A stretch of DNA of 64,000 nucleotides from Gemmatimonadales bacterium (lineage in GTDB: Bacteria > Gemmatimonadota > Gemmatimonadetes > Gemmatimonadales > GWC2-71-9). The notes beneath the pieces were generated by a model, which saw only the letters and a list, made by a program, of their open reading frames with translations, was not told where the DNA came from and made no database searches. Position numbers and translations under genes: made by a program. Location: NCBI GenBank assembly GCA_965249575.1, contig OZ252244.1, positions 768,001 to 832,000 of the forward strand, given 5' to 3'. How positions within the stretch are numbered: the first letter of the stretch is position 1; every line of letters starts with the position of its first letter. Shown in pieces: positions 39,569 to 50,273 of this stretch.

Positions 39569-39832
39569 CTACCCTCCCGGCCCCACCTGCCGGCGGTCGC
39601 GCTCCTGGGCGAGAAGCCGTTCGGTAAAGTCTGCACGCTCCTCGAGCGCTTCGAGCTGGGACCGGAGGTGCTCGATTTCGGCACGCAACGCCTGGCCGTC
39701 TCCCAGCCGGTCGCCGCCCGTCCCACGGTCGATACGCCGAACAACCGCCCGGATGATCGGGAAACCCAGGATCACACCCGTCGCCATGCCCGCTAGGGGG
39801 ATGACGACTTCGGTCCAGAAGATGAAGTCCGT
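39569..39832 (-). CDS. ~87-aa single-TM coiled-coil protein (PspB-like)
   Basis: DFIFWTEVVIPLAGMATGVILGFPII... then LEERADFTERLLAQ. Start is either ACG at 39832 (after GGAG) or ATG at 39787. Confidence 0.75.
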   Translation of the reverse strand, partial: TDFIFWTEVVIPLAGMATGVILGFPIIRAVVRRIDRGTGGDRLGDGQALRAEIEHLRSQLEALEERADFTERLLAQERDRRQVGPGG

Positions 39833-39923
39833 CTGAGTACTCCGTTCGATGTTGAGCGAGAACGCGATCGTGAGCGGCGCGGACCACGCGAAATCGCTCC
39901 CTGCCCGGCGGTGCCCATCACCC

Positions 39924-39949
39924 TACGGTCACAGGCGCCGGATGTGTCA
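39924..39949 (-). promoter_or_regulatory. Second ECF-sigma-type promoter
   Basis: TGACAC, 16 nt, CGTA upstream of the first PspB-like gene. Confidence 0.4.
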
Positions 39950-39973
39950 GGGTACGGCGCTCCAACCTATAGT

Positions 39974-42844
39974 TCACGACCGGAGTGCCTTTCGCAAGAA
40001 TCGGCCCGTGTGCGAGGCTTGGGCGCGCGCGACGCGTTCGGGGGGACCCTCGACGACCACCCAGCCCCCCTCGTCCCCGCCCTCGGGCCCGAGGTCGATA
40101 ATCCAATCCGCCGTCTTCACGACGTCGAGATTGTGCTCGATGACCACCACGGTGTTGCCCTTCTCAACCAAGCGGTGCAGCACATCCAGGAGCAGGCGCA
40201 CGTCTTCAAAGTGCAGCCCCGTAGTGGGCTCGTCGAGGATATACAGTGTCCGTCCGGTGTCGCGCTTGCTCAGCTCCGTAGCGAGCTTCACACGCTGCGC
40301 TTCCCCACCGGACAGCGTCGTCGCACTCTGCCCGAGGTGAATGTAGCCGAGACCCACATCGTTGAGTAAATCGAGGCGCGCCCGAATGCGGGGCTGGTGC
40401 TCGAAGAACTCGAGAGCATCGGCGACCGTCATATCCAAGACGTCGGCAATCGACTTGCCCCGGTACCGGACGTCGAGAGTCTCCCGATTGTACCGTCGAC
40501 CCTTGCAGCTCTCGCACGGCACATACACGTCCGGAAGAAAGTGCATTTCGATCTTGACGAGGCCGTCTCCCGAACAGGCCTCGCATCGCCCCCCCTTTAC
40601 GTTGAACGAGAACCGTCCCGGCCCGTAGCCTCTGATCTTCGCCTCCGCGAGCTGCGCGAACAGGTCGCGGATGGGTGTGAAGAGCCCCGTATAGGTAGCC
40701 GGATTGGACCGTGGCGTGCGGCCGATGGGGCTCTGGTCGATCTCGATGACCTTGTCGATAAGATCGACCCCCTCGATCCGGTCGTGGGTGCCGGGCAGGT
40801 GGGCGGCGCGGTAGAACTGGCGCGCCAGCGCGCGGAAGAGGATGTTGGTGACGAGCGTCGACTTGCCTGAGCCGGAGACCCCGGTAACCGCCACGAAGGA
40901 GCGAGTCGGGAACGCCACATCGATGTGCTTCAGATTGTGCTGTCGCGCCCCGACGACCAGGATGACGCGATCTTCCGCGACATCCCGGCGGACCGATGGC
41001 ACGTCGATCCGAAGCTCCTTCCTGAGATAGCGGCCCGTGAGTGATCGGTCAGATTTCAAGACGTCGTCCAGCATTCCTTGGACCACCACCTCACCCCCAT
41101 GCCGGCCCGCGCGAGGGCCGAGGTCGACCACGTGGTCGGCGTGGCGGATCGTATCCTCGTCGTGCTCGACGACGATGACCGTGTTCCCGAGATCTCGTAG
41201 CCCGGACAGGGTCTTCAAAAGCCTGGCGTTGTCTCTGGGATGCAGCCCGACGGAGGGCTCATCGAGTATGTAGAGGACGCCGACGAGGCGGCTGCCAATC
41301 TGCGTGGCCAGCCGAATCCGTTGCGCTTCGCCGCCTGAAAGCGAGGCCGCCGCTCTCCCGAGCGTGAGGTAATCGAGCCCGACGTCGCAGAGGAACTGGA
41401 GCCGATCGGTCACTTCCTTGAGAATGGGCAGGGCTACTTCCGGATCCAGCCCACCCACCCCCCTTCCAACCATCGGGATATCGCGGAAGAACTCCAGCGC
41501 AAGCTTCACTGGGCGATCGACGATCGCGCCGATGCTCTCCCCGTGGACCTGAACGCTGAGACTCACCCGCTGAAGGCGCTGTCCGCCGCAGGTATCGCAG
41601 GTCCGCTCGGTCATAAACTCGTCGAGGCGGGACCGAACGGATTCCGAGTTGGTCTCCCGGTATAGCCGCTCGACGTTCTTGACGATCCCGTCCCAGCTCG
41701 TCTCGTAGCTCGAGCCACGCGTTCGAGACCGGACCGGCAGCGTGAGCGTCGTTTCGGGCGCGCCGTTCAGCAAGGCGCGTTGCGCCTTGGTAGATAGCGA
41801 ATTCCACGGAGCCGCTAGGTCGAAGCCGAAAACGGATGCGAGCGCCGGGAGGACCGTCTTCCGCAGGTACCCAGCGGGCTCCCCCCACGGAAGGACCACC
41901 CCCTCGAGAATCGACAGGCGCGGGTCGCCCAAGACGAGCTCCGGGCTGACGTCCCGACGCGTTCCCAACCCGCCGCACGCCGTGCAGGCGCCGTAGGGCG
42001 AGTTGAACGAGAACTGGCGTGGCTCCAACTCGGCGAGCGAATACCCGCACTGGGGGCAGGCAAATCGCTCCGAAAACACGGCGGTGCCGTTCTTGCCCCG
42101 GCCGGCTCGCGTGGCCCGGTGCACCTCAACGACGCCATCGGCGGCCCGGAGGGCGGTCTCCAGCGAATCCAGCAGCCGCGCCCGATCGTCGGGCCGTACG
42201 ACCAGGCGGTCGACCACGACGCCGACGTCGTGTTTTGAGCGGCGGTTCAGTTTCGGCGGCTCCGACAGATCGTAGGTCTTCCCATCGACTCGCGCCCGCA
42301 CGTAGCCTTGCTTGCGGACGCCTTCGAGGAGATCCCGGAACTCGCCCTTCCGCCCTCTCACCAGCGGAGCGATGATCTCGATTCGAGTGCCCTCGGGCCA
42401 CCGCAGCACGGTGTCCGCAATCTGCGACACTGACTGGCGCTCGATGGGCGCGCCGTCGTTGGGACAGTGCGGGACTCCCGCGCGGGCCCACAACAATCGG
42501 AGGTAGTCGTAAATCTCGGTGACCGTCCCCACCGTCGACCGTGGGTTGTGACCGGCGGTTTTTTGCTCGATGGAAATGGCCGGCGAGAGTCCCTCAATGG
42601 CATCGACGTCCGGTTTCTCCATGAGACCGAGAAACTGGCGGGCATAAGCCGACAGCGACTCCACGTACCGTCGTTGCCCCTCGGCGTAGATCGTGTCGAA
42701 TGCGAGGGACGACTTACCAGACCCCGATAACCCCGTCACAACCGTGAATCGGTCACGGGGGATCGTGACATTGACGTTTCTCAGGTTGTGGACGCGGGCG
42801 CCGCGGATGACAAGACTGTCGGCGGGGGCATTCTCGAGTGGCAT
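39974..42844 (-). CDS. uvrA: Excinuclease ABC subunit A
   Basis: Two ABC cassettes ([26 protein letters not shown] twice) and Zn fingers. Confidence 0.98.
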   Translation of the reverse strand: MPLENAPADSLVIRGARVHNLRNVNVTIPRDRFTVVTGLSGSGKSSLAFDTIYAEGQRRYVESLSAYARQFLGLMEKPDVDAIEGLSPAISIEQKTAGHNPRSTVGTVTEIYDYLRLLWARAGVPHCPNDGAPIERQSVSQIADTVLRWPEGTRIEIIAPLVRGRKGEFRDLLEGVRKQGYVRARVDGKTYDLSEPPKLNRRSKHDVGVVVDRLVVRPDDRARLLDSLETALRAADGVVEVHRATRAGRGKNGTAVFSERFACPQCGYSLAELEPRQFSFNSPYGACTACGGLGTRRDVSPELVLGDPRLSILEGVVLPWGEPAGYLRKTVLPALASVFGFDLAAPWNSLSTKAQRALLNGAPETTLTLPVRSRTRGSSYETSWDGIVKNVERLYRETNSESVRSRLDEFMTERTCDTCGGQRLQRVSLSVQVHGESIGAIVDRPVKLALEFFRDIPMVGRGVGGLDPEVALPILKEVTDRLQFLCDVGLDYLTLGRAAASLSGGEAQRIRLATQIGSRLVGVLYILDEPSVGLHPRDNARLLKTLSGLRDLGNTVIVVEHDEDTIRHADHVVDLGPRAGRHGGEVVVQGMLDDVLKSDRSLTGRYLRKELRIDVPSVRRDVAEDRVILVVGARQHNLKHIDVAFPTRSFVAVTGVSGSGKSTLVTNILFRALARQFYRAAHLPGTHDRIEGVDLIDKVIEIDQSPIGRTPRSNPATYTGLFTPIRDLFAQLAEAKIRGYGPGRFSFNVKGGRCEACSGDGLVKIEMHFLPDVYVPCESCKGRRYNRETLDVRYRGKSIADVLDMTVADALEFFEHQPRIRARLDLLNDVGLGYIHLGQSATTLSGGEAQRVKLATELSKRDTGRTLYILDEPTTGLHFEDVRLLLDVLHRLVEKGNTVVVIEHNLDVVKTADWIIDLGPEGGDEGGWVVVEGPPERVARAQASHTGRFLRKALRS

Positions 42845-42852
42845 AACCTGCG

Positions 42853-42882
42853 AAGCTAGACCGTGTGCTCGCTTCAGGTCAA
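42853..42882 (-). promoter_or_regulatory. uvrA promoter abutting the start codon (leaderless-type)
   Basis: TTGACC, 18 nt, TAGCTT, 8 nt, ATG. Confidence 0.55.
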
Positions 42883-42966
42883 CGGACAGGTGCCCGCGTC
42901 GCCCAGCGGGTTGCGAGAGCCTCCGACAATCCCTAGTTTGAGCGTCCCATTACCCACGATACGATA

Positions 42967-43317
42967 GTGAGTCACGACGACGCTTCCTGTTTCGTGGTAG
43001 TCACCACCCTCGGAAGCGCCGACGATGCTCAATCGTTCGTGCGCGAGTTGGTTCGGCGGCGTCTGGTCGCGTGCGGCACGATCCTGGGCCAGGGCACCTC
43101 GATTTACCGTTGGTCTGGTGAAGTCACCGAGGAAACCGAGGCGGTAGTTCTCTTGAAGACCAGCCGGGCACGGTGGGATGAACTCGCGAGCGCCGTAAAG
43201 CAGTTGCATCCGTACGACGTCCCCGAGCTCCTGGCGCTCCCTGTGGAGCGGGGGTTGGAAGCGTACGTCCAATGGGTCGCCGGCGAGACGGCCGTCGAAC
43301 ACAAGGAGGGGGAATGA
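42967..43317 (+). CDS. cutA: Divalent-cation tolerance protein CutA
   Basis: LVAC, SIYRWSGE and LHPYDVPELL. Confidence 0.94.
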   Translation: MSHDDASCFVVVTTLGSADDAQSFVRELVRRRLVACGTILGQGTSIYRWSGEVTEETEAVVLLKTSRARWDELASAVKQLHPYDVPELLALPVERGLEAYVQWVAGETAVEHKEGE

Positions 43318-44221
43318 GCCACTTAGGACGGCGGCGCCGGCGGGCCCGTCGGCGCCTGACCCCCGAGCGTGGATCAATGGTCGGGGACGGGACCTCTTCC
43401 ACCCCCCAGGAGCAGCTGCCGTCCCGCAGTGACGTACGGCACCTCCAGACACCCCCACGCCCGCTACCTTTCGAACTCTCGGAGGACGAGGTACCGACCG
43501 ACACTAGTCAGGCGCCGCACCGGCCACAGAGGCCCAAGCTGCTCCTGAGCCGGCACCCCACCTCGACGAGGCAGAGGTGGCCACCCATGGGCCCGAGTCC
43601 GAATCGGCCGAGGACCTCCTCTACCGCGCTGCCCGCGAGGCCAGTACGAGTGGCGAAACGGAGCGGGCGCTTGGAATCTACCGGGAGCTGTTGGCGCTCC
43701 GCCCTAGCCACGTTCCCGCGCGCAACAACCTGGCGCTGCTACTCGACCGGGTTGGCGAGCATGAGGCCGCGCTGCACGAACTGGAAAAATGCCTACAGTA
43801 CGAGCCAGAGAACGCCCAAGTGCTGGTGAACCGGGGAGCCGTGCTAGGCTCGTTGAGCCGGTATGCGGACGCCGAGGAGGACCTTCGCCAGGTGCTTCGC
43901 TTCGAGGGCAACAATGGGGAAGCGCACTTCAATCTCGGCGTCGTCGTCTCTCGAAAAGGACTGTGGAACGAGGCCGTGCCATACCTGCGGCGGGCGGTAG
44001 AGCTCGATCCGAGCCGCGCGTCCGCGTTCTTCTACCTCGGCGAGGCCCTCAACCACGTCGACGACCTCGAAGGAGCGCTCCAGGCCTATCAACGGGCGGC
44101 GGAGCTGCAGCCGGAAAGTCCCAAGGCTCTCTATGGGCTCGGGATCGTGCTCGACCGCCTGAACCGCCCCGAAGACGCCGCGCTGATGTACCGCCGCTCA
44201 AGAGAGCTCGCCGACAGGTGA
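43314..44221 (+). CDS. TPR-repeat protein with an apparent frameshift near 43510
   Basis: Multiple TPR units in 43577-44221 (ARNNLA, NRGAVL, HFNLG, FYLG, LYGLG). The ATG at 43314 has an RBS and overlaps the cutA stop but is in a different frame. Confidence 0.8.
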
Positions 44222-44722
44222 TCCACGTCGTAGTGGACGACCTCGCGTTCGTGGGCACGGACGCGGTGGTTCGTCCCGCGACGGCCGGCCTTGAGCCCAC
44301 CACCCCCTCCCTCCGTCGCCTCGAGCAGATCGGCGGACCCGCCTTTTTGGGACCAGCTCAAGACCCAGCAGGACCTCGCCGTTGGTGCCGCCGTCGTGAC
44401 CGGCGCAGGCGAACTGCAGGCTGAATTTGTCATTCATGCGGTGATACGCAGCGCGACGGAACCCGTGACGGCGGCGGGCGGGCGCCGAGCTGTGACTAGC
44501 GCGCTTCAACGGGCGCGCGACTGGCAGATCACCAGCCTGGCGGTCCCCCCAATCGGGACCGGCCCGGGGGCACTCGACGTCGAGCGGGCGGCCCGGATCA
44601 TGTGCGAGGTGCTGCGCGAGCACTTGACCGCCGAACCGTACCCCCGCGATGTCCACATCGTGGTGGAGTCAGAAGACGATCAGGCCGTGTTCGAGCGGTT
44701 CATGGAAAGCGCTCCCGAATGA
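44218..44722 (+). CDS. Macro-domain protein, frameshifted at a T5 run (44344-44348)
   Basis: MIHVVVDDLAFVGTDAVVRPA in one frame, then GAAVVTGAGELQAEFVIHAV…LAVPPIGTG in the next. Confidence 0.8.
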
Positions 44723-45403
44723 GCCGGCGATCCTTGGGAATCCTCATCATGGGCGCCTGGCTCGCGGGGATTGGGTGGCTGGTGAAACGCGAGTACTGGC
44801 GATCGGGCGAAGCGCTCGTGCCGGACGCATCCCTGATGCCTACCGCCGGGGGCGTCCTTCTACACCCTGTCCATGAATCGTCAGCAAATCGGCTTCGCAT
44901 CCACGACCATCGACACCGTCCCGGAAGGCATACGCCTCCAGGACGTGATGGTGATCGAAGTTCCCGCCCTCGGCGAGATCCATCGCACCGATACGCGAAT
45001 CGACGCGTTGCTCTCCCGGAGCCTGGGCCTCCGGACGTTCAATGCTTCGCTTCAGGCCGACGCCGGGCGGTTCCTGGTCGAGGGAGAGGTCTTGGGCGAT
45101 TCCGCGCTCCGAGTTCGCATTACGGCAAACGGAGACGAGCAAGAGCTCCGTGTCGACCTGGAACGCCCCATCGTGCTGCCGGCGATCATGCCGATGCACG
45201 TCGCGTTGGGTGGCGCGCTGCGGATCGGGAATACCTACACCATCGACCTGTTCGATCCGATACTCCTGCAGGATCGGAACGTCGAGATCGCGGTGGTCGC
45301 GGAATCGACGTTCATCGTACCGGACAGCGCAGACTCGGACACCCTGGGGGGACCCTGGTTTCCGGTCCTCTGGGACACCGTGCACGCGTGGCAAATCGAG
45401 CAG
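44719..45403 (+). pseudogene. N-terminal part of a membrane-anchored extracytoplasmic protein, frameshifted at ~44837 and truncated at ~45403
   Basis: TM MSRRSLGILIMGAWLAGIGWLVKREYW, then a beta-rich domain. The protein-like frame ends at …HAWQIEQ, where permease sequence begins. Confidence 0.6.
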
Positions 45404-46985
45404 CCTCGTCGGTATGATTTTTTGGACACTCGTTTTCGGGGTGCTGTACCGCGTGCTTCGCTATTTCCGCGGCGTCGAGGAGATCGGCCCGCTATTGGCC
45501 GGCAAGCTCCTCGGTCTCGCCCTCCTTTCTTTCCTTTCCATTCTACTCCTGTCGAACGTCATCACCGCCCTGTCGTCGTTCTTCCTGGCCCGCGACCTGG
45601 ATCTCCTGGTATCCTCGCCAGTCGAGTGGCTAAGCCTGTATCTCGCCAAGCTGGCCGAGACCATCCTACACAGTTCTTGGATGGTAGCGCTCATGGCGGT
45701 GCCGATCTTCAGCGCGTATGGGGTCATTTACGACGGTGGATGGCTGTTCGGGCCCTACTGTCTCCTGGTGTTTGCTCCCCTGCTCGTTATTCCTTCGGCC
45801 GTGGGGAGTGCCATCACGCTCATTCTGGTCAACGTGTTTCCGGCACGGCGGACCCGCGATCTACTCTCCGTGATCGCCGTGGGCGCGGCGGGCGGTGTGG
45901 TCTTGCTCCTCCGGGTCGTCCGCCCCGAACAGCTGGCTCGGCCCGAAGGCTTTCGTAATCTGCTCGACTTCATCACCGTCCTGCGGACCCCCACCTCACC
46001 GTGGTTGCCCAGCGAGTGGGCAACGAACGGGATCATGAGATACCTGGTCGGCCCCTTCGACGCGCTGCCCGTATTTCTCCTGTGGTCCACAGCAGGGGCC
46101 TTCGTCGTATTAGGAGCCTTGCTCCACGCGCGGCTGTATCCCCCCGGATTCACCAAAGCGCAAGAAGGAGCCGCCCGATTCGTTCGAGGGTGGATTTGGG
46201 AGGCCTTGCTCCAGCCGGTCGTCAGCCACTTATCGGTTTCCAAGCGAGAATTCGTTATCAAGGACCTCAAGCTGTTCTTCCGGGATACGACGCAGTGGAG
46301 CCAGCTCATCCTACTCGGTGTGCTGGTCGTCATCTACCTGTTCAACATCAGGGCGCTGCCCCTGTTCACCGGGGAGCAAGTACCCTTTTTCATCGTGACT
46401 CTTGTGTCGTTCCTGAATCTCGGCTTGGCGGGGTTCGTGCTCGCGTCCATCGCAGCACGATTCATCTTTCCGGCGATCTCTCTCGAGGGGAGGCAAATGT
46501 GGCTGCTGCGGTCCAGTCCGCTCGACCTCCGCGCCCTCCTCTGGTCGAAGTACTGGGTCGGCACGATTCCGCTCATCGTCCTCGCCCTGATCATCACCGT
46601 CTTTACCAACGTGCTACTCAAGGCAACTCCATTCATGATGGTCGTCGGCATCAGCACCATCATTCTGCTCACGTTGGCGATCAGCGCGCTCGCGCTCGGG
46701 TTCGGGGCCCTGTACCCGCAGTTCGAGACGGAAAACGCGGCGCAAATTCCAACCTCTTTCGGCGGGCTCGTCTTCATGATGACCACCATCGGGCTCTTAG
46801 CCATAGTCATCGTGATCGAAGCGATTCCCGTATCCACCTACCTCCGAGCGGCATACAATAAGGAAGCGATCGGAGTCACACCGGAGATGGTCGCCGCGTT
46901 CGTCGCCGTTGCGGCCCTCTGCACTGCGGCGACGGTGGTGCCGCTCCGGGTGGGGCTTCATCGGATGCAAACCTTCGAGTTCTAG
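45404..46985 (+). CDS. Putative ABC exporter permease lacking its 5' end
   Basis: Multi-TM protein with DLDLLVSSPV, KDLKLFFRD and ISLEGRQMWLLRSSP…LLWSK. Coding quality starts abruptly at SLVGMIFW. Confidence 0.8.
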
Positions 46986-47087
46986 GGCCTCGAAGAGAGG
47001 GCCAAGGTTTCCCCCAAAAAAATGCGGGCAGCGCTCAGACACCGCCCGCTCGACGCCGGAACCGCGCGGATCGTAAGCTGCTGAGGA

Positions 47088-47624
47088 TCACGCGGCCGCG
47101 ACCGCCGCCCCGCAGCCCCCGCAGAACTTCGCCCCCGCTGGCAGATCCGCTCCACACACCCAGCAACGAGGACTCGCCGAGGCGGTCGCGAGGGATCGGC
47201 CGCACCTCGAGCAGAACACGACGTTCGGCTCTGGTCGGGGACCACAAGACGGACACACGGCCCGTCGGCCCGGCTTCGAACGAGCGATCATTCGCTCAGC
47301 CTGATCGTCCCGATCTGGTGATGGGATCGCTCCGCTGGCCTCTTCCTCGCGCATGGCGGCCAACGCCTTCGCGGTGTACCTGGCCTTCAGCTGTTCGTAG
47401 TCGCCGTCCGAGAGCTTGCCTGTCGCCCGATCGAAATCGATCTCACGCAGCGCGAGTAGCGCCTGGATCTTGGGGGAGTCGGACTCGTCGAGATCTACGA
47501 GATCTGCCTCATCGACGTCGCCTGAAGGTACCGGTGTCGGCTTGCCGGCCCCGGTCCACAGCGGCTGGATGACGAGCGCAAGGAGGCCTAGGGCGAGGAG
47601 GACTCCAGCAATCAGCTCCAGCAC
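47088..47624 (-). CDS. Membrane-anchored double zinc-ribbon protein (CcmI-like N-terminus)
   Basis: TM, then ALREIDFDRATGKLSDGDYEQLK, then four CxxC(G) motifs. Confidence 0.82.
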   Translation of the reverse strand: MLELIAGVLLALGLLALVIQPLWTGAGKPTPVPSGDVDEADLVDLDESDSPKIQALLALREIDFDRATGKLSDGDYEQLKARYTAKALAAMREEEASGAIPSPDRDDQAERMIARSKPGRRAVCPSCGPRPEPNVVFCSRCGRSLATASASPRCWVCGADLPAGAKFCGGCGAAVAAA

Positions 47625-47627
47625 CGA

Positions 47628-48218
47628 TCACGTATCCAGATTCGACAGCTCGGCCTCGAGACGCCTGGTTTCCTGAGTGGATGGCGAGTCGGAGAGGCCC
47701 GGCGATGAGCCGGCCGGGGCTCGCTCCCGTCCCAGGCCCGTCCGACGGAGCAGCACGAATCCCATCAGGCCCCCGACCAGGACGATCAACGCGCCCGGTA
47801 GGAAGTAGCCGGCGAGGTTGAACCCCTCCTTGGGCGGGGCCATCAAGACCACCGCACCATGTTCGGCGACGAACCGGTCGATGATCTCCTGGGCCGAGAG
47901 ATTCTCGCGCGTCAGCGCGACGACCTGTCGATGCATGGCCGGCGACACTTCACAGTTGAAGTCCGTCGTCCGGCATGTGTACACGTCGAGATTGCAGCCG
48001 CACGTGCAGCGCAACCGCTTCTCGACTCCGACCACGAAGGGATCGTTATGAAAATCGGTAACCGCGGCTCGCGGACGCCCCGCCATGCCGGGGTACTGAA
48101 GCCGCCCGATCACGCTGTCCTGAGGGGACGACGTGCCCGCCTGCTCGCGCGGAACGAGCGCCGCAGGCAGGAGGGCGACGAGCCCTTGAAGCGCCTCGCG
48201 ACGGGACACGGGGGTCAT
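47628..48218 (-). CDS. ccmH: Cytochrome c biogenesis protein CcmH-like
   Basis: LRCTCGC…C…C, EIIDRFVAEHG..VLMAPPKEGFN and a TM; ATG at 48218 after GGAGG. Confidence 0.85.
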   Translation of the reverse strand: MTPVSRREALQGLVALLPAALVPREQAGTSSPQDSVIGRLQYPGMAGRPRAAVTDFHNDPFVVGVEKRLRCTCGCNLDVYTCRTTDFNCEVSPAMHRQVVALTRENLSAQEIIDRFVAEHGAVVLMAPPKEGFNLAGYFLPGALIVLVGGLMGFVLLRRTGLGRERAPAGSSPGLSDSPSTQETRRLEAELSNLDT

Positions 48219-48232
48219 GAATCGCACCTCCA

Positions 48233-50269
48233 TCAGGAAGCCTGCTCCGCAAGGGTCGCCTGATATCCAGCCAGCGCCTCCTGGGGACGGACCTTGGACA
48301 GCCGCACTCGCCCGCCAGGCCACATCACCACCACGCCGCCGGCAACAAGGACGACGCCACCGAACCAAACCCACCACACCAGCGGGTTTATCGTAAACCG
48401 ATACACCGCCTCCTCTGTTCCCGCGACGGAGCCCGCGAACACGATGTACAGGTCCTCCCGGAGGTCGCTGCGGATGCCAGCCTCGGTCGATGGCTCGAAG
48501 CTATCACGCCCAAAGGAGTCCACGTGCTGCCGCTTTTCACTCGTCAGCACCCCCAGCCGCTCACTGTTTCTCCGGACCTCGACGCTCGCCGCGGAGACCC
48601 ACCGGTTGAGGGCTGTGTACTGTGAGACACCGAGGTGCGTCAGCGTATAGCTGTGCCCAAATGGCGATTCCAGCGAGGCCGTCTCACCCGGCTTGAGCGA
48701 GGCCTCGATCTCCGTTTTGAACGCCATCCCGGAGAACGCCACCAAGTATGTGACGATTCCGAGATGAACGATGTAGCCTCCATACCGCCGCCGGTTTCGA
48801 GCAACCAGGCGCGCAAAGGCGAGGGCATATCCTTCACCGTGCAGGCGGTGCCTAGCGCCCGCACCTCGGATGAACTCCTGGAGCACCGTCGCCACGACGA
48901 ATGATCCAAGCGCGATCGCCATTCCGGCGTAGAAGTCGCCGAAACCGACGACCACCAAGAGGCCGCCCACTGCGGCGAACACGCTCCCCGGCACCGCGAA
49001 ATGCCGCCGGAGATTGGCGGCGCTCGCCCGCCGCCACGCAACGAGCGGGCCGATCCCCGTCAACGCCAGGAGCCCGAGCGCGATGGGGATATTGACCTGA
49101 TTGAAGAAGGGCGGTCCCACGGTGACCTTCGTACCCTGGACAAGCTCAGACAGGATCGGGAACGTCGTGCCCCACAGCACCGAAAACGCCATTCCGACGA
49201 ACAGCAGATTGTTGAAAAGGAAGGTGGACTCGCGGGACAGGGTGCTCTCCAGCCGGCCTTCGGTCTGGAGTAGCGGAAGTCGCGACCATAGCAGCCATCC
49301 GGCCCCGACGCCCCCAAGTATCAGAAACCCCAAGAAGTAGTACCCGACGGACGACTGGGCAAAGGAGTGAACGCTCGAAATGATACCGCTCCTCGTAACG
49401 AACGTCCCGAAGATGGACAGTAAGAAACTCAGGAAAATCAGCAGCATGTTCCACCGCTTGAGCATCCCGCGCTTTTCCTGGATCATCACCGAGTGCAGGA
49501 ACGCCGTCATGGTGAGCCACGGGAGAAAACTCGCGTTCTCGACGGGATCCCACGCCCAGTACCCGCCCCAACCCAACTCCACATAGGCCCACCACATTCC
49601 CAAGGTGATGCCAATGGACAGGAAGAGCCACGAAAGGATGGTCCATTTCCGGATCGCATGCAGCCAGCCGACGTCGAGCCGCTTGGAGAGCAACGCGGCG
49701 ACGGCAAACGAAAAGGGGATCGTGATGCTGATATACCCGAGGTAGAGCATCGGTGGGTGGACCACCATTCCCGGATTCTGAAGCTGCGGATTCAGTCCGC
49801 GGCCATCCATGGGCGTAAACGGAAGCCGCGTAAACGGATTTGCTCCGAACATCGTCACGATGATGAAGAAAAGGGCAACGGCCGAGGTCGTCGCCGCTAC
49901 GTAGGGGAGCAAGTAATCGTAGCGACGCGGCGTGAGCCACTGCGCGGCGGCGGCGAACAAGCTGAGCACGAGCGCCCAAAAGAGCAGGCTCCCAGCCTGT
50001 CCCCCGTAGAACGCTGCGATGGTATAGGACAACGGGAGGTTGCGGCTGGTGTAGCTGGCGACGTACTCGACGTTGAAGTCGTGTCGGACCAGTGCGGTCA
50101 CGAGCGCTGCCGACGCGATGGTGAGGGCCCCGGCGAGCGCGTACACGGCTCGTCGGGCACTCAATACGAGCTCCGGCCGCCCGCGCGCCCCACCCAGGAA
50201 CCCCGTGACTACGCCCCAGGCGGCGAGAAGCAGCGCCAGCCCGAGCGCTAGCTGGCCGAGAACCGTCAC
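48233..50269 (-). CDS. ccmF: Heme lyase CcmF/NrfE
   Basis: WAYVELGWGGYWAWDPVENAS (WWD domain), HPPMLYLG and SVHSF. Confidence 0.97.
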   Translation of the reverse strand: MTVLGQLALGLALLLAAWGVVTGFLGGARGRPELVLSARRAVYALAGALTIASAALVTALVRHDFNVEYVASYTSRNLPLSYTIAAFYGGQAGSLLFWALVLSLFAAAAQWLTPRRYDYLLPYVAATTSAVALFFIIVTMFGANPFTRLPFTPMDGRGLNPQLQNPGMVVHPPMLYLGYISITIPFSFAVAALLSKRLDVGWLHAIRKWTILSWLFLSIGITLGMWWAYVELGWGGYWAWDPVENASFLPWLTMTAFLHSVMIQEKRGMLKRWNMLLIFLSFLLSIFGTFVTRSGIISSVHSFAQSSVGYYFLGFLILGGVGAGWLLWSRLPLLQTEGRLESTLSRESTFLFNNLLFVGMAFSVLWGTTFPILSELVQGTKVTVGPPFFNQVNIPIALGLLALTGIGPLVAWRRASAANLRRHFAVPGSVFAAVGGLLVVVGFGDFYAGMAIALGSFVVATVLQEFIRGAGARHRLHGEGYALAFARLVARNRRRYGGYIVHLGIVTYLVAFSGMAFKTEIEASLKPGETASLESPFGHSYTLTHLGVSQYTALNRWVSAASVEVRRNSERLGVLTSEKRQHVDSFGRDSFEPSTEAGIRSDLREDLYIVFAGSVAGTEEAVYRFTINPLVWWVWFGGVVLVAGGVVVMWPGGRVRLSKVRPQEALAGYQATLAEQAS

Positions 50270-50273
50270 TCAG

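Noticed and set aside
42845..42966. LexA/SOS box upstream of uvrA
   Set aside because: No recognisable palindrome of the known CTGT-N8-ACAG or GAAC-N4-GTTC types.
44340..44350. Programmed frameshift in the macrodomain gene
   Set aside because: An extra base in a T5 run is the typical homopolymer error, and no stimulatory element is evident.
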